Virus record (IMG/VR): IMGVR_UViG_3300031519_004866
Origin: a virus
DNA length: 64,000 nt
Strand: one strand, 5' to 3'
Both the position numbers and the translations under genes were made by a program. Under the pieces are notes generated by a model. That model was given only the letters and a program-made list of their open reading frames with translations. It ran no database searches and was not told where the DNA came from. Position 1 is the stretch's first letter. Each line of letters begins with the position of its first letter. This document shows positions 1-8,974 of this stretch, piece by piece.

Positions 1-867
1 ACCTTTCTGAAATGCCATTTTTGCAACATGCCCTGCGGTTGCGGTTTGTTCTTCTTCTCTAGCACCAACGGGCATTACCCAAATAGGAAAGTCAACATCT
101 ACTTCACGAAATTGTGCTATAGCTGCCTCCATGTCATCCCACTCACGTTGTAAACTACCAACAACAAACTTTAATTGTCCTTTGCTAGATAATTTACGAT
201 ACTGCTCAACTACTTCGGGTCTAATTGCTTTCTTAGCAAGTTCGCCTGATGTGCTAAACAGTTTAGGTGATACACTAAAGAATAATTCAATTTCTGTTTC
301 TTGTTGCCAGAAGTTAATAAACTCTTGTGTAAGATTTTGTGTACCGTTAGTTTCAAATGTAATACTAGCGGGTAAATTATTTTGTGCTTTAAGCTCTCGC
401 ATAATACCTATAAACGCTTTCTGACTTTGTGGCATCATAGGTTCGCCGCCTGTAACACAGAAGTGTTGCCTCTGTTGCGATACAGGATGTAAGAATAACC
501 CTTCCGGGTTACTCTCTGTTTTTAAGATATCAATAATCTTATGTGCTAATGCCTTAGGAGTTTCTTGCCCCATTAAGTGTTTATATCGTTTAGCCCATGT
601 GTAACTGCTGTCACAACCTTTATCCCAAACAGGTAAGTCTTCTACTTTATCAATTTTAGATAAATCAAAAGTTTCAAACGGAAGTTCGTATGTATCAGGA
701 TTAGTTGGATCTAATTGTCCAAACCCGTTACATTGCAAGTTACATAAAAAGAATCTAATCCAAGCAGTAGGAACACCAGTGTATTGTCCTTCACCTTGAA
801 TACTGTGAAAAATTTCACTGTAGTAATACTTCTTAGTATCTTCGGTAGTTGCGATTGTTTCATTCAT
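1..867 (-). CDS. queE: 7-carboxy-7-deazaguanine synthase (radical SAM), 3' end runs off the window
   Basis: Not in the ORF track; translated by hand: MNETIATTEDTKKYYYSEIFHSIQGEGQYTGVPTAWIRFFLCNLQCNGF...WDKGCDS...TGGEP...ETNGT...SVSPKL. These are QueE motifs with a long insert in the Cys motif. Confidence 0.9.
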   Translation of the reverse strand, partial: MNETIATTEDTKKYYYSEIFHSIQGEGQYTGVPTAWIRFFLCNLQCNGFGQLDPTNPDTYELPFETFDLSKIDKVEDLPVWDKGCDSSYTWAKRYKHLMGQETPKALAHKIIDILKTESNPEGLFLHPVSQQRQHFCVTGGEPMMPQSQKAFIGIMRELKAQNNLPASITFETNGTQNLTQEFINFWQQETEIELFFSVSPKLFSTSGELAKKAIRPEVVEQYRKLSSKGQLKFVVGSLQREWDDMEAAIAQFREVDVDFPIWVMPVGAREEEQTATAGHVAKMAFQKG

Positions 868-873
868 ACTACT

Positions 874-903
874 ATTATACCTTCTTTTCATCGGTGTTGT
901 CAA
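874..903 (-). promoter_or_regulatory. sigma70-type promoter TTGACA-N18-TATAAT, 6 nt before the queE ATG
   Basis: Minus strand reads TTGACA acaccgatgaaaagaagg TATAAT agtagt ATG. Confidence 0.7.
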
Positions 904-1063
904 CCTTTTTCTTTATTGAAAAGGTGCCATTAAGATTGTCATCCCAAATAAGAGTATCACCAAAATCCCATCCCATTTGGCTGAGAAGATCCGGCGGAAA
1001 AGGTAAAATTACCTCTCCTGTCTCCGGGTCTTCTTCTACTTTAACTGTCCATTGCTTAGACAA
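875..1063 (-). CDS. AbrB/MazE-like small DNA-binding protein
   Basis: VILPFPPDLLSQMGWDFGDTLIW fits the AbrB swapped-hairpin pattern. Confidence 0.55.
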   Translation of the reverse strand: MSKQWTVKVEEDPETGEVILPFPPDLLSQMGWDFGDTLIWDDNLNGTFSIKKKVDNTDEKKV

Positions 1064-1262
1064 AATATTTGTCTAACATTTCTAGACGATCGTGTGCAGA
1101 AGCCATTTTATCTAGTTCTTTTTGGATCGTTTCGATAATATCCGAATGTTCTCCAATACCTACAACTTTCTGCATGTATACTTCTACATTTGTTTTGTGT
1201 AGTTCAATTTCAGCTTCAGCGTGTTTACGTGCTGCATTAATCATTTGCTGTCTCAATTCCAT
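1056..1262 (-). CDS. hypothetical protein (helical, 68 aa)
   Basis: ORF with SD-like AAGGA upstream; start trimmed to MELRQQ. Confidence 0.6.
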   Translation of the reverse strand: MELRQQMINAARKHAEAEIELHKTNVEVYMQKVVGIGEHSDIIETIQKELDKMASAHDRLEMLDKYFV

Positions 1263-1275
1263 ACCCTTTCCTTTT

Positions 1276-1650
1276 TTAGTATTGTTGTTTTGACGGAATG
1301 ACGCCTCGAACGCCGCCCTTAGGATCTTCCGTATCACCGTCTCTACGAAAGATTAAATGTACATGCGGATACATAACAGTTTGTCCTGCACTCTCACCTA
1401 CATTTAAACCAATATTGTAACCTGTGATATTAGTCTTATCACTGATTACGTTATCGTACCCCATAGTAACAGCAAAGTTAAAACATTTCATAATGCCTTC
1501 ACTGTCTGCTGTTTTAGGTACAATTAATGTGTGACCTTCAGTAACCGGATACTTGTCACGAAACACTGTAAAATCTCTAGTGTCAATTTCAATGTCATTC
1601 CAAGGAGCACGGCCTTCGCTTTTTGCTAACTCTAATGTATCAGCTTTCAT
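1276..1650 (-). CDS. HIT-family nucleotide hydrolase
   Basis: DKYPVTEGHTLIVPK...NVGESAGQTVMYPHVHLIFRR; first His of the triad appears replaced by Tyr. Confidence 0.85.
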   Translation of the reverse strand: MKADTLELAKSEGRAPWNDIEIDTRDFTVFRDKYPVTEGHTLIVPKTADSEGIMKCFNFAVTMGYDNVISDKTNITGYNIGLNVGESAGQTVMYPHVHLIFRRDGDTEDPKGGVRGVIPSKQQY

Positions 1651-1873
1651 AACGACCTCGTCCAGTTTTTACTTTAAATTCTCTTGGACCCGGTGTAGTA
1701 AATTCCATACCAGCCATTCCGCCGACGTATGTTTTACCATTCCATCGCATGTGAATTTTATTTGTTGCAATATATACTTCAACAAACTCTTTAGATTTAA
1801 AATTGCCAACTTCTGCATCTACAACTTTGTCGTTGTGTGTGCATGTTACTGCGCATTGATCGTCATAACTCAT
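1640..1873 (-). CDS. hypothetical protein
   Basis: ORF whose ATG overlaps the upstream stop (ATGA). Confidence 0.55.
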   Translation of the reverse strand: MSYDDQCAVTCTHNDKVVDAEVGNFKSKEFVEVYIATNKIHMRWNGKTYVGGMAGMEFTTPGPREFKVKTGRGRYES

Positions 1874-2418
1874 GTGTACTCTCCTACATTTTCCCAAGGA
1901 TAAACAAGCCAAACATCTTCTTCAAATTTGTTTATTTCGTGACATGTGTAACTAACAGGAACTGTAGCGTCACTTGCTAGATTATTAGTTAGGGTAGCAA
2001 ACCGAACGTTACTATACCAAACTTTCTCCCATCTCGGATCATCAGGCAAACAACTAGCAGGCCAGTCTTCCTTAATCCAATTGAAAGTAGCACCAGTATC
2101 GTTAATGTCGTCTACAATAAGGATTTTCTTTGCTGTAGTAGGACCACCAATATTTGGATCACTTGCGTATCCGTATGCATCTTCTGCCATCCATAAGTTG
2201 CTTTCGCTTTGACTGTTATCGTCACGTAGACTTACTTTAAGTGCTTCGCAACGTATGCCAGTCATGTTGCTAATAATAGTAGCAGGCACATTTCCGCCTC
2301 GTGTTAGACCTACAATGTAATCAGGCCGCCAACTGTCAGCGTACATCTGATTAACAATGCTTACACACATTTTTTCTACGTCAGCCCAGCTATAATAATG
2401 TTTCTTAATATCACCCAT
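1870..2418 (-). CDS. type I phosphoribosyltransferase (xanthine/guanine PRT-like)
   Basis: IVGLTRGG, PRPP-binding loop ILIVDDINDTGATF, C-terminal WLVYPWE. Confidence 0.85.
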   Translation of the reverse strand: MGDIKKHYYSWADVEKMCVSIVNQMYADSWRPDYIVGLTRGGNVPATIISNMTGIRCEALKVSLRDDNSQSESNLWMAEDAYGYASDPNIGGPTTAKKILIVDDINDTGATFNWIKEDWPASCLPDDPRWEKVWYSNVRFATLTNNLASDATVPVSYTCHEINKFEEDVWLVYPWENVGEYT

Positions 2419-2839
2419 GATTTAAATAATCCTCGTTGTGTATCCATTTACCATCTTTAACAAAACCCCATTCTTGAGCTTTCTTGCCCATATAAAAAAT
2501 GCTCCAGCATGGAATTTCGTTTCCGTCTGCGTCTTTAGCAAGTTCTAACCAATGCAAATCTTTTGCTGTTCTAAAACGTATACTACCAGGCCCACGCCAA
2601 AACTTACCTTCTGAAGTGTGTTCCCAATAGCCACCTTTAATAATTAATGCTCCCCAACTCCACGGATGATCGTGTAGTGTAGGTTCGTCACTTACTAGTA
2701 CTTTGTGCATAGTAATATTAAACGGAAAGTTTTTTCTGTCTTTTAAAAATAGATAGTATCTAATTAGATACGGAATTGTGTTATCTCTATCGTAGATAAT
2801 ACGCTCTCGTCCAATTAGTTTTAAAAACTTAAGAAACAT
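2411..2839 (-). CDS. cupin-fold protein
   Basis: LHDHPW...GGYWEH...DLHWLEL metal-binding pattern. Confidence 0.55.
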   Translation of the reverse strand: MFLKFLKLIGRERIIYDRDNTIPYLIRYYLFLKDRKNFPFNITMHKVLVSDEPTLHDHPWSWGALIIKGGYWEHTSEGKFWRGPGSIRFRTAKDLHWLELAKDADGNEIPCWSIFYMGKKAQEWGFVKDGKWIHNEDYLNHG

Positions 2840-3035
2840 CTGTTAGCCAATCCGTTTTAATATTTTTATATAACTCAACAACTCTGCAATTATATTCATC
2901 TTCGTTAACAGCAAGATCGTTCAGTTTTCTTTTCCACATTCCTTGAACACCTTCATCCAATTGAGGATTAGTGTCGAGTAATGTTTGAATAGATTTTGAT
3001 CTACGCAATTGTACTTGTTCGTTCCACGGTCCCAT
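2829..3035 (-). CDS. hypothetical protein
   Basis: ORF in a tightly packed operon. Confidence 0.5.
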   Translation of the reverse strand: MGPWNEQVQLRRSKSIQTLLDTNPQLDEGVQGMWKRKLNDLAVNEDEYNCRVVELYKNIKTDWLTDVS

Positions 3036-3228
3036 GATTTAGATCCTTCCTGCTTAGTTTTAAACGGTTAATAGTCATTCCGTGCCTCTCAGTCATATCA
3101 ACTAACGGTATTCCTCGAAGATTGTACATAAACGCTTCAGCCGGTGTAAGTATCATACAGTCGTTAGCTGATGTTGGCGGAACAACGGAATAGACTCTTT
3201 TTTTGTGTAAATCTAATTTGTCTTGCAT
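3001..3228 (-). CDS. hypothetical protein
   Basis: ORF in a tightly packed operon. Confidence 0.45.
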   Translation of the reverse strand: MQDKLDLHKKRVYSVVPPTSANDCMILTPAEAFMYNLRGIPLVDMTERHGMTINRLKLSRKDLNHGTVERTSTIA

Positions 3229-3413
3229 AATGGCTTACTGGACGACCTATCGTTCCAGTCATCTTTATTTTGTGAATACTCACGAGTGTGAATTTGACGT
3301 ACTAGTAACCCGTTTATAATTTTATGGATTACTACTTCTTTCATTAGGACCCCGTCATCTAAATTCTCTTCAAGTGCTTTTGCAAATGGTCCGTCTTTAA
3401 CTTCAATTAGCAT
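3213..3413 (-). CDS. hypothetical protein
   Basis: Start trimmed to MLIEVK after SD AGAGGAG. Confidence 0.5.
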   Translation of the reverse strand: MLIEVKDGPFAKALEENLDDGVLMKEVVIHKIINGLLVRQIHTREYSQNKDDWNDRSSSKPLCKTN

Positions 3414-3628
3414 TAAACTATCTCCTCTAATATGCCAAGTGCCTCTGCAATTACAAAGCCTACTCCGGCGATTATAAATGGCGTACCCCAATATTCTAAG
3501 TAGTAGCCTCCGTATATCATTGACACTCCTGCCACAATGCGTACTGCACTTTTAACAAGGCTTACGTAAAAGTGTCCCATGCTTGGGTCTTTTGTTGCTG
3601 GCATAATTATTCTTTCTGGTATTGGCAT
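3413..3628 (-). CDS. small membrane protein (2 TM)
   Basis: Two hydrophobic segments; directly downstream of folE. Confidence 0.6.
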   Translation of the reverse strand: MPIPERIIMPATKDPSMGHFYVSLVKSAVRIVAGVSMIYGGYYLEYWGTPFIIAGVGFVIAEALGILEEIV

Positions 3629-3636
3629 ACTATCTC

Positions 3637-4326
3637 CTATTTTCCACAAGCAAATTCTTGCTGTAGTTTAATGTTATCAAAAAATTCCTTCTTAGTGCCA
3701 GCGTCATCTTTAAACGCACCTTTTAAAACAGTTGTCTGTGTAAGACTGCTATTTGCCATAATGCCTCTGTTCTCACAACACCCGTGTGTTGCTTGGATGT
3801 AAACACCTACGTTAGTAGATCCAGTTGAACTCATAATCTCTCTAGCAATATCATTACATAGTTCTTCTTGTAATGTGCCACGTCTAGCACACCATTGTGC
3901 AATACGTGTATATTTGCTAAGTCCAATTAAAGTTTCTCCAGCAATAATTCCAATATATGCAACACCAGTTACGGGTTGATGATGATGTGAGCAAACACTT
4001 TTAAGCTCACTGCGTACAACTAGCATACCTTCGTATCCGTTATCTATGTGATTAGGAAATGCAGTTGCATTAGGCATAGGATCATATCGACCTGCCATTA
4101 ATTCATTTACATACATTTTTGCTAGGCGTTTACCAGTATCCATACTGTTAGGATCTGTATAACGATCAATTACAAGACCGTCTAATACTGCTTCGAACTT
4201 AGGTGTAAGTTCTTCAATTAATAATTGTTTGTCGCCCTCTTGCAGGACTTCACTAATGTTGTCGCCAGCCCAAAATCTAACGCCTGCGTCTTGTAGTTTT
4301 GTTTTAATTTTTTCACTTATACTCAA
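3637..4326 (-). CDS. folE: GTP cyclohydrolase I
   Basis: SVCSHHHQPVTG, GLSKYTRI, QEEL, HGCCENRG Zn-binding T-fold motifs; TTG start after SD GGAG. Confidence 0.95.
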   Translation of the reverse strand: MSISEKIKTKLQDAGVRFWAGDNISEVLQEGDKQLLIEELTPKFEAVLDGLVIDRYTDPNSMDTGKRLAKMYVNELMAGRYDPMPNATAFPNHIDNGYEGMLVVRSELKSVCSHHHQPVTGVAYIGIIAGETLIGLSKYTRIAQWCARRGTLQEELCNDIAREIMSSTGSTNVGVYIQATHGCCENRGIMANSSLTQTTVLKGAFKDDAGTKKEFFDNIKLQQEFACGK

Positions 4327-4369
4327 TTTTATTCTCCGATGTTTAGGCAGTGGATTGCCAACTTTTATA

Positions 4370-5419
4370 TTATTTTAACACATTTAATAGATCTGAGCAA
4401 CTAAAATATTGCTCATTTAGTACTTGTACCTGTTTATTTAGGCGAGGTAAGTACTTTTTATAATTTTCCATGTAATCTATAATTTGTGCAACCACTTGTT
4501 CTTTGTGTTCTTTGTATGCAGCAAATGACGTTGTCCAATCACTAGGATATTTAAACTCGTCTAATGCCATTTCAGTATAGCTTAAACGGTCCGGAACCAT
4601 AGGAATAGTGTCTACAAGCGCACCCTCATACCAACTAATGCCAAGTGTTTCTTGCAAATTAGCACTGAATACTAGTTTAGCTTCACCTAATAAGTTGTGG
4701 TATTCGTTCTTCGATAGTTGCTTTTCTTGACAAACAACAAATTCATATTGCGGAAGTGCTTCTCTAAGATCTTCAAATATGTCAACTTGCTTCTCAGGAG
4801 CAACACGATGCGGAAACAAAATAAGATCTCGTTTCGGCATACCTTTGTACATTGTTAATGTATTTGCCATATACTCAAATGGCCAACCAGTTCTAATTGC
4901 TTTGTCCATGTCAACACTGTAGTTGTCATTAAACGCTTCTAAAAACATGTCAATGTGAAAGTTACTTGCAAAAAAGTTATGATTATAACATTCATACATT
5001 GACATTTCAGCATGTCTTACCCACGGTTTGTCTCCGATCAGTCTGCCTAAAAAATCAGCAGGGTCATAACTACCAGCATGCCATAAGCCACCAATTCGAA
5101 TGTCCACGCCCAACAGTTCAGCCATGTAGCGCAACTGAATAACAGTTGGGTTCCACGCATCCGTATATAGGAAATAATCTCCATCTTTTACTTCTCCTTT
5201 ACAAAATGCTTCAGCAATAATTTCTAACTGCTTACTTTTGTAAACATTAGTTCCACCGAAGTTGAGGAACGCCCCAGGAGTTGTTGCCTGAGGCGTATCC
5301 CCACCGTTGACTACGGTTACTGTATGGCCATGTCCTCGCAACAGATTTGGAAACTGCGTTTTCCACTGCTTAGTGTAACGTGTTTCTACTGCTTCTAAGT
5401 CAACTAGCCATATGTTCAT
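4370..5419 (-). CDS. GT-B fold glycosyltransferase, candidate DNA-base glycosyltransferase
   Basis: Ex7E motif ETLGISWYE; FPHRVAPEK donor-binding segment; LNFGG and FLYTDAWNP recall NFFGG and YLFTDIRLP of T4 beta-glucosyltransferase. Confidence 0.75.
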   Translation of the reverse strand: MNIWLVDLEAVETRYTKQWKTQFPNLLRGHGHTVTVVNGGDTPQATTPGAFLNFGGTNVYKSKQLEIIAEAFCKGEVKDGDYFLYTDAWNPTVIQLRYMAELLGVDIRIGGLWHAGSYDPADFLGRLIGDKPWVRHAEMSMYECYNHNFFASNFHIDMFLEAFNDNYSVDMDKAIRTGWPFEYMANTLTMYKGMPKRDLILFPHRVAPEKQVDIFEDLREALPQYEFVVCQEKQLSKNEYHNLLGEAKLVFSANLQETLGISWYEGALVDTIPMVPDRLSYTEMALDEFKYPSDWTTSFAAYKEHKEQVVAQIIDYMENYKKYLPRLNKQVQVLNEQYFSCSDLLNVLK

Positions 5420-5620
5420 TTAGTTTCTCCGTTTATTAAATTTCTTTTGGAATGACTTCTTATAGCCATGGCGGTTTTCAAACGCTCTAAAAGCTCTACT
5501 TTCTCGCTTATAAAGATCACGTTCATCAAATTTAAAACCGTTGAATCGACAAAATTCTTTGTACGCTTCGAGATCCGTAAAGATCTTAACCACGTCTGGC
5601 CGATCTGCAAAATAACCCAT
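5420..5620 (-). CDS. hypothetical basic protein
   Basis: ORF with SD AAGGAG. Confidence 0.55.
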   Translation of the reverse strand: MGYFADRPDVVKIFTDLEAYKEFCRFNGFKFDERDLYKRESRAFRAFENRHGYKKSFQKKFNKRRN

Positions 5621-5632
5621 TGTAGGTCTCCT

Positions 5633-6094
5633 TTAATACTTTGCATATTCAATATGGGCACCGTTTTCTCCGTCTTCGGAGACATCGATGTGGACTTCAC
5701 GTCCGGGGTGTTTTGTTGTGATTTGTTCATACAAATCATCTGACATCATTTCACAAGATTTATAATCTACATTAAGTTCACCTTCATACAGTTTCTCAAG
5801 CCAACGCTTGAATTGAATAAACTCAATATCTCTGTCGTTATGTGTTACAGTGATACCTACTCTAAAATGAAAGATGTGTCTGTGGGGATAACCCAAAAAA
5901 CTAACATCGTATTCATCACCTGTTGCAAGACTAGGATCATCTAGTGCCGCAGGATACTTATGGATACCTTCTTTAGTGAAAGTAACCCAAATCATTCGCT
6001 TTGCATTTTGCATAGCATTTTCTTTATCGTTTGCCATATTTTCTTCTTTCATACGTCTTAACATATAGTTGTAATAAGATTCACGTTGTTGCAT
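5633..6094 (-). CDS. QueD-like T-fold protein, DpdL-like
   Basis: LGYPHRHIF matches LxxxHRHxF rather than the CxxxHGH of QueD; also IEF...SCE...VSEDGENG T-fold features. Confidence 0.7.
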   Translation of the reverse strand: MQQRESYYNYMLRRMKEENMANDKENAMQNAKRMIWVTFTKEGIHKYPAALDDPSLATGDEYDVSFLGYPHRHIFHFRVGITVTHNDRDIEFIQFKRWLEKLYEGELNVDYKSCEMMSDDLYEQITTKHPGREVHIDVSEDGENGAHIEYAKY

Positions 6095-6121
6095 TTAGTA
6101 TAACACCTTTCTTGATTGAAG

Positions 6122-6652
6122 TCAATCAATAAGTTTGTCTTTGTCATATTCACTCCAATGAGTAAATTTAGTATGATCCATAAGGTCACGAACCCTATGA
6201 CACCAAACACCTGGATTAGATGCCTTAAAGCCTTTGTCATCAATTTTTAGCATAGCGTTGTAACCAAGTTGATCAACATACGGCAATGGTACACGGATCT
6301 GCGGAATAAAGTAGATATTTTCTACTAATCCACTGTCCATAAAGTCTTCTACAGCAGCAATTGGAATATCTAAGCTACAAAAAATTTCGTCATTAACGAA
6401 CACTTCGATCATGTCTTCCCACTCTTCCCAGTCTGCAGCTACCCACGACTTTTGTGGATCAAAGCTATGATTAGCACCAAAAAAGATATGTTCACAGCCA
6501 TATGTGCTAAACATGTCACGAATGTCAGATACATCATGAATACCGGTAACGAACAATGTTTTCTTTCCAAATGCAGGAGTTTTTTCAACTTCTACACCTA
6601 CAAAAAATTTTGCTGTACTTGATACGTGACCATCTTCGTATGTACGTTCCAT
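6122..6652 (-). CDS. hypothetical protein in the deazaguanine cluster
   Basis: 176-aa ORF between dpdA and the DpdL-like gene; motifs GVEVEKT, HIFFGANHS, DDKGFKASNPGVW. Confidence 0.7.
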   Translation of the reverse strand: MERTYEDGHVSSTAKFFVGVEVEKTPAFGKKTLFVTGIHDVSDIRDMFSTYGCEHIFFGANHSFDPQKSWVAADWEEWEDMIEVFVNDEIFCSLDIPIAAVEDFMDSGLVENIYFIPQIRVPLPYVDQLGYNAMLKIDDKGFKASNPGVWCHRVRDLMDHTKFTHWSEYDKDKLID

Positions 6653-6653
6653 A

Positions 6654-8201
6654 TTATTCTCCTGTTAACTCAGTTTCTAATTTAGCTAGTTCGTCATCTT
6701 CTCTGTCATCAGTCCACGGAACAATTTCGTCACCTGCATCGTCAACTTCAACAAACAGCGAGTTAGCAATGTTTGTAACACCACCACGTAGTCTAGAACC
6801 TTCACAGTTCTTAAGGAACGCATCAGCTTCTTTAATCATTGCAAATGCTGCTTCTTTTGTAGGCTGTTCAAATAGTTCTTCAACAAAACGATCGAAGTAA
6901 AGAATATTACGTGGTACCCAGTCAGAGTACTCATCACTCTTATCTGCTTCTTTAACTTTTCTCCAATGTCTCCAGTCTGGACGTTCTTTTGCTAATTCAA
7001 TATCTGTTAAGTTGTTAGCACGTTGTACAGCAACAATATGTTGATACACGTTGTGTGACATCATTAGTGCATAACCAAAGCTATCCCAACTTGTTTTACC
7101 TTCTTTACCAATCTTGTTAAGCATACCTGGTGCATAATGACAAATGTCTGCAACACTTAAACGCCTACCAATTTCACTTTCAAACGGAAACGGAATGTCA
7201 TGTCTGCCAGCAAGTGCTTTATTATCCATTGCTTTGTCCATAATAACTGACCAACGCTTTGAAGTGTGTTGACTGTTAGTGTAAACAAGACCATGTGCAG
7301 TTGCAATAAACGGTGATGCACAATCAAAACTTACTGTAAAGTTAGGATTAATATGTTTACGTACTTGTCTTTGAATACTAGTTAAGTAACATGACCAATC
7401 AAGTTGTGCAGTACCTAAGAAGTGCATCCAGTCTTTACCTTCTAGCATACCGTCAAATTTCATTGTCATAAGTCTGCGTAGTGTAATAGGCATCTTGCAC
7501 ATATTAGCACCACCCATTGCCCAGCCTTCACAAGCCTTGTCACCCCAAATAGCAGGATCACTAAACTCTTTAACACCTTCGTACCACTTTTCAGCAGTGT
7601 CCCAGTCTGAGCCTTGTAGTACATTTAAAAACTTAGTTACGCCTAGTCTACGCTCTAACCAATACTTGTTATTAAAACGTGTTTTATCTAAGCAGTCTTG
7701 AAAGTCTTTAAGTCCTGTTTTAGGAGCATGAATATGATCACATGCCCAAGTCGGAACATCAAGTAGCATTGACCAATCTGCTGTAAGCTCTAGCCAATTA
7801 AGAATGTCATCTCTAGTCTTGTTTGCAGCAGGACCATCAAAGTTTAACCAATCAAACTTAAGAACACCTTTACCAACCTGATATCCACCCGAGTCACCTA
7901 AAATCATTGTTTTACCACGATCTCTATCTTGTACCATAGCATCTTGTACCATAGTCTTTTCAAGATTCAATTGTGCGTGACCTGCTGAATACAAACCATA
8001 CTTGTATGTAAAGTATCCTTGTTCTTCGTTTAAGAAGTTCATGCCTTCAATTCCGCGGTCAAAGCCCGCAGGAATTCTTTCTTTTGGAATAAATTCACCT
8101 AGTCGCTGTTTAGCAACGTAGGTACTATAGAAAGAACTAATAGCTGGCAAATACACAGCGTAGTCTTTCTGTAATGGTGATAAGTTGACTGGTTCTTTCA
8201 T
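6654..8201 (-). CDS. dpdA: TGT-like DNA 7-deazaguanine transglycosylase (DpdA/DpdA2-like)
   Basis: GDSGGYQ, LDVP, NVLQG, GWAMGG, HFLG and SFDCASP are TGT/DpdA barrel motifs; context of folE, queE and DNA polymerase. Confidence 0.8.
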   Translation of the reverse strand: MKEPVNLSPLQKDYAVYLPAISSFYSTYVAKQRLGEFIPKERIPAGFDRGIEGMNFLNEEQGYFTYKYGLYSAGHAQLNLEKTMVQDAMVQDRDRGKTMILGDSGGYQVGKGVLKFDWLNFDGPAANKTRDDILNWLELTADWSMLLDVPTWACDHIHAPKTGLKDFQDCLDKTRFNNKYWLERRLGVTKFLNVLQGSDWDTAEKWYEGVKEFSDPAIWGDKACEGWAMGGANMCKMPITLRRLMTMKFDGMLEGKDWMHFLGTAQLDWSCYLTSIQRQVRKHINPNFTVSFDCASPFIATAHGLVYTNSQHTSKRWSVIMDKAMDNKALAGRHDIPFPFESEIGRRLSVADICHYAPGMLNKIGKEGKTSWDSFGYALMMSHNVYQHIVAVQRANNLTDIELAKERPDWRHWRKVKEADKSDEYSDWVPRNILYFDRFVEELFEQPTKEAAFAMIKEADAFLKNCEGSRLRGGVTNIANSLFVEVDDAGDEIVPWTDDREDDELAKLETELTGE

Positions 8202-8209
8202 AATATTAT

Positions 8210-8947
8210 TTAGGCCGCCTGTGCTGGAATGATATATTTGTATGTTGCTAAACCACTGTCTAATTCGATCTGGATAGCACCTTCGTTACTAAGACTCATC
8301 TTAGTGTTGTTTACATCTGCAATTTTAAGAATTGCTAAGATACTTGCAACAGGCCAAGTCCAACCACGATCCAATGTACCTATAGTGTCAGTAGCAAACA
8401 CAAACTCGCCACCATGCGAACCTGCATCACCAAAGATAAACTTCAAATTGCCGTCCTCAGTTTTAGCTAAGAATGTTGGATGCTCACTATTAGCACCTGC
8501 TTGGAAGTTAAAACGTTGCACACCAGCAAGTGATGGAACAACTTCTACATCCCACTTAACACCGCGGAACTTAACAGTTTTCATCTTCTCATTAATAATT
8601 TCCATAAGCATAAACTTATAGTCGTTTTTAAAATCGCCTGTTGCGTTTTCAAATTTAATTCCTGTTGGAATAGTTTGGTCGTTACGCACACCAGTTGTTA
8701 CACTAATCTTAGCGTCAGTTTTATATTCACTACCATCTAGCAAATACTTTAACTTTTGAAGCTGTGGCATACCAAACGTGCCAAGCATGTCTGGATAAGG
8801 ATTGTGCGTCTTTGCTTCCATAATAACTGATCTATCATCAGCCATAGAAAACATTGTAGTTTCACTTTCTTCACCAGATACCTTGACAGTTGTCAAGAAT
8901 CCCAAGTTCTGTGTGTGATCTACGATATCTTTTAGTATGTCTTTCAT
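8210..8947 (-). CDS. DNA polymerase sliding clamp (gp45/PCNA-like)
   Basis: 245 aa, adjacent to polB; beta-alpha clamp pattern ending ATYKYIIPAQ. Confidence 0.7.
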   Translation of the reverse strand: MKDILKDIVDHTQNLGFLTTVKVSGEESETTMFSMADDRSVIMEAKTHNPYPDMLGTFGMPQLQKLKYLLDGSEYKTDAKISVTTGVRNDQTIPTGIKFENATGDFKNDYKFMLMEIINEKMKTVKFRGVKWDVEVVPSLAGVQRFNFQAGANSEHPTFLAKTEDGNLKFIFGDAGSHGGEFVFATDTIGTLDRGWTWPVASILAILKIADVNNTKMSLSNEGAIQIELDSGLATYKYIIPAQAA

Positions 8948-8974
8948 TTTTAGAGTTCTCCGTTTGTTATATAC

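Noticed and set aside
6654-8201. Ordinary tRNA-guanine transglycosylase (tgt) call
   Set aside because: At 515 aa, without the Tgt C-terminal CxCxxC Zn site, and located beside the replisome genes, a DNA-acting DpdA-type enzyme fits better.
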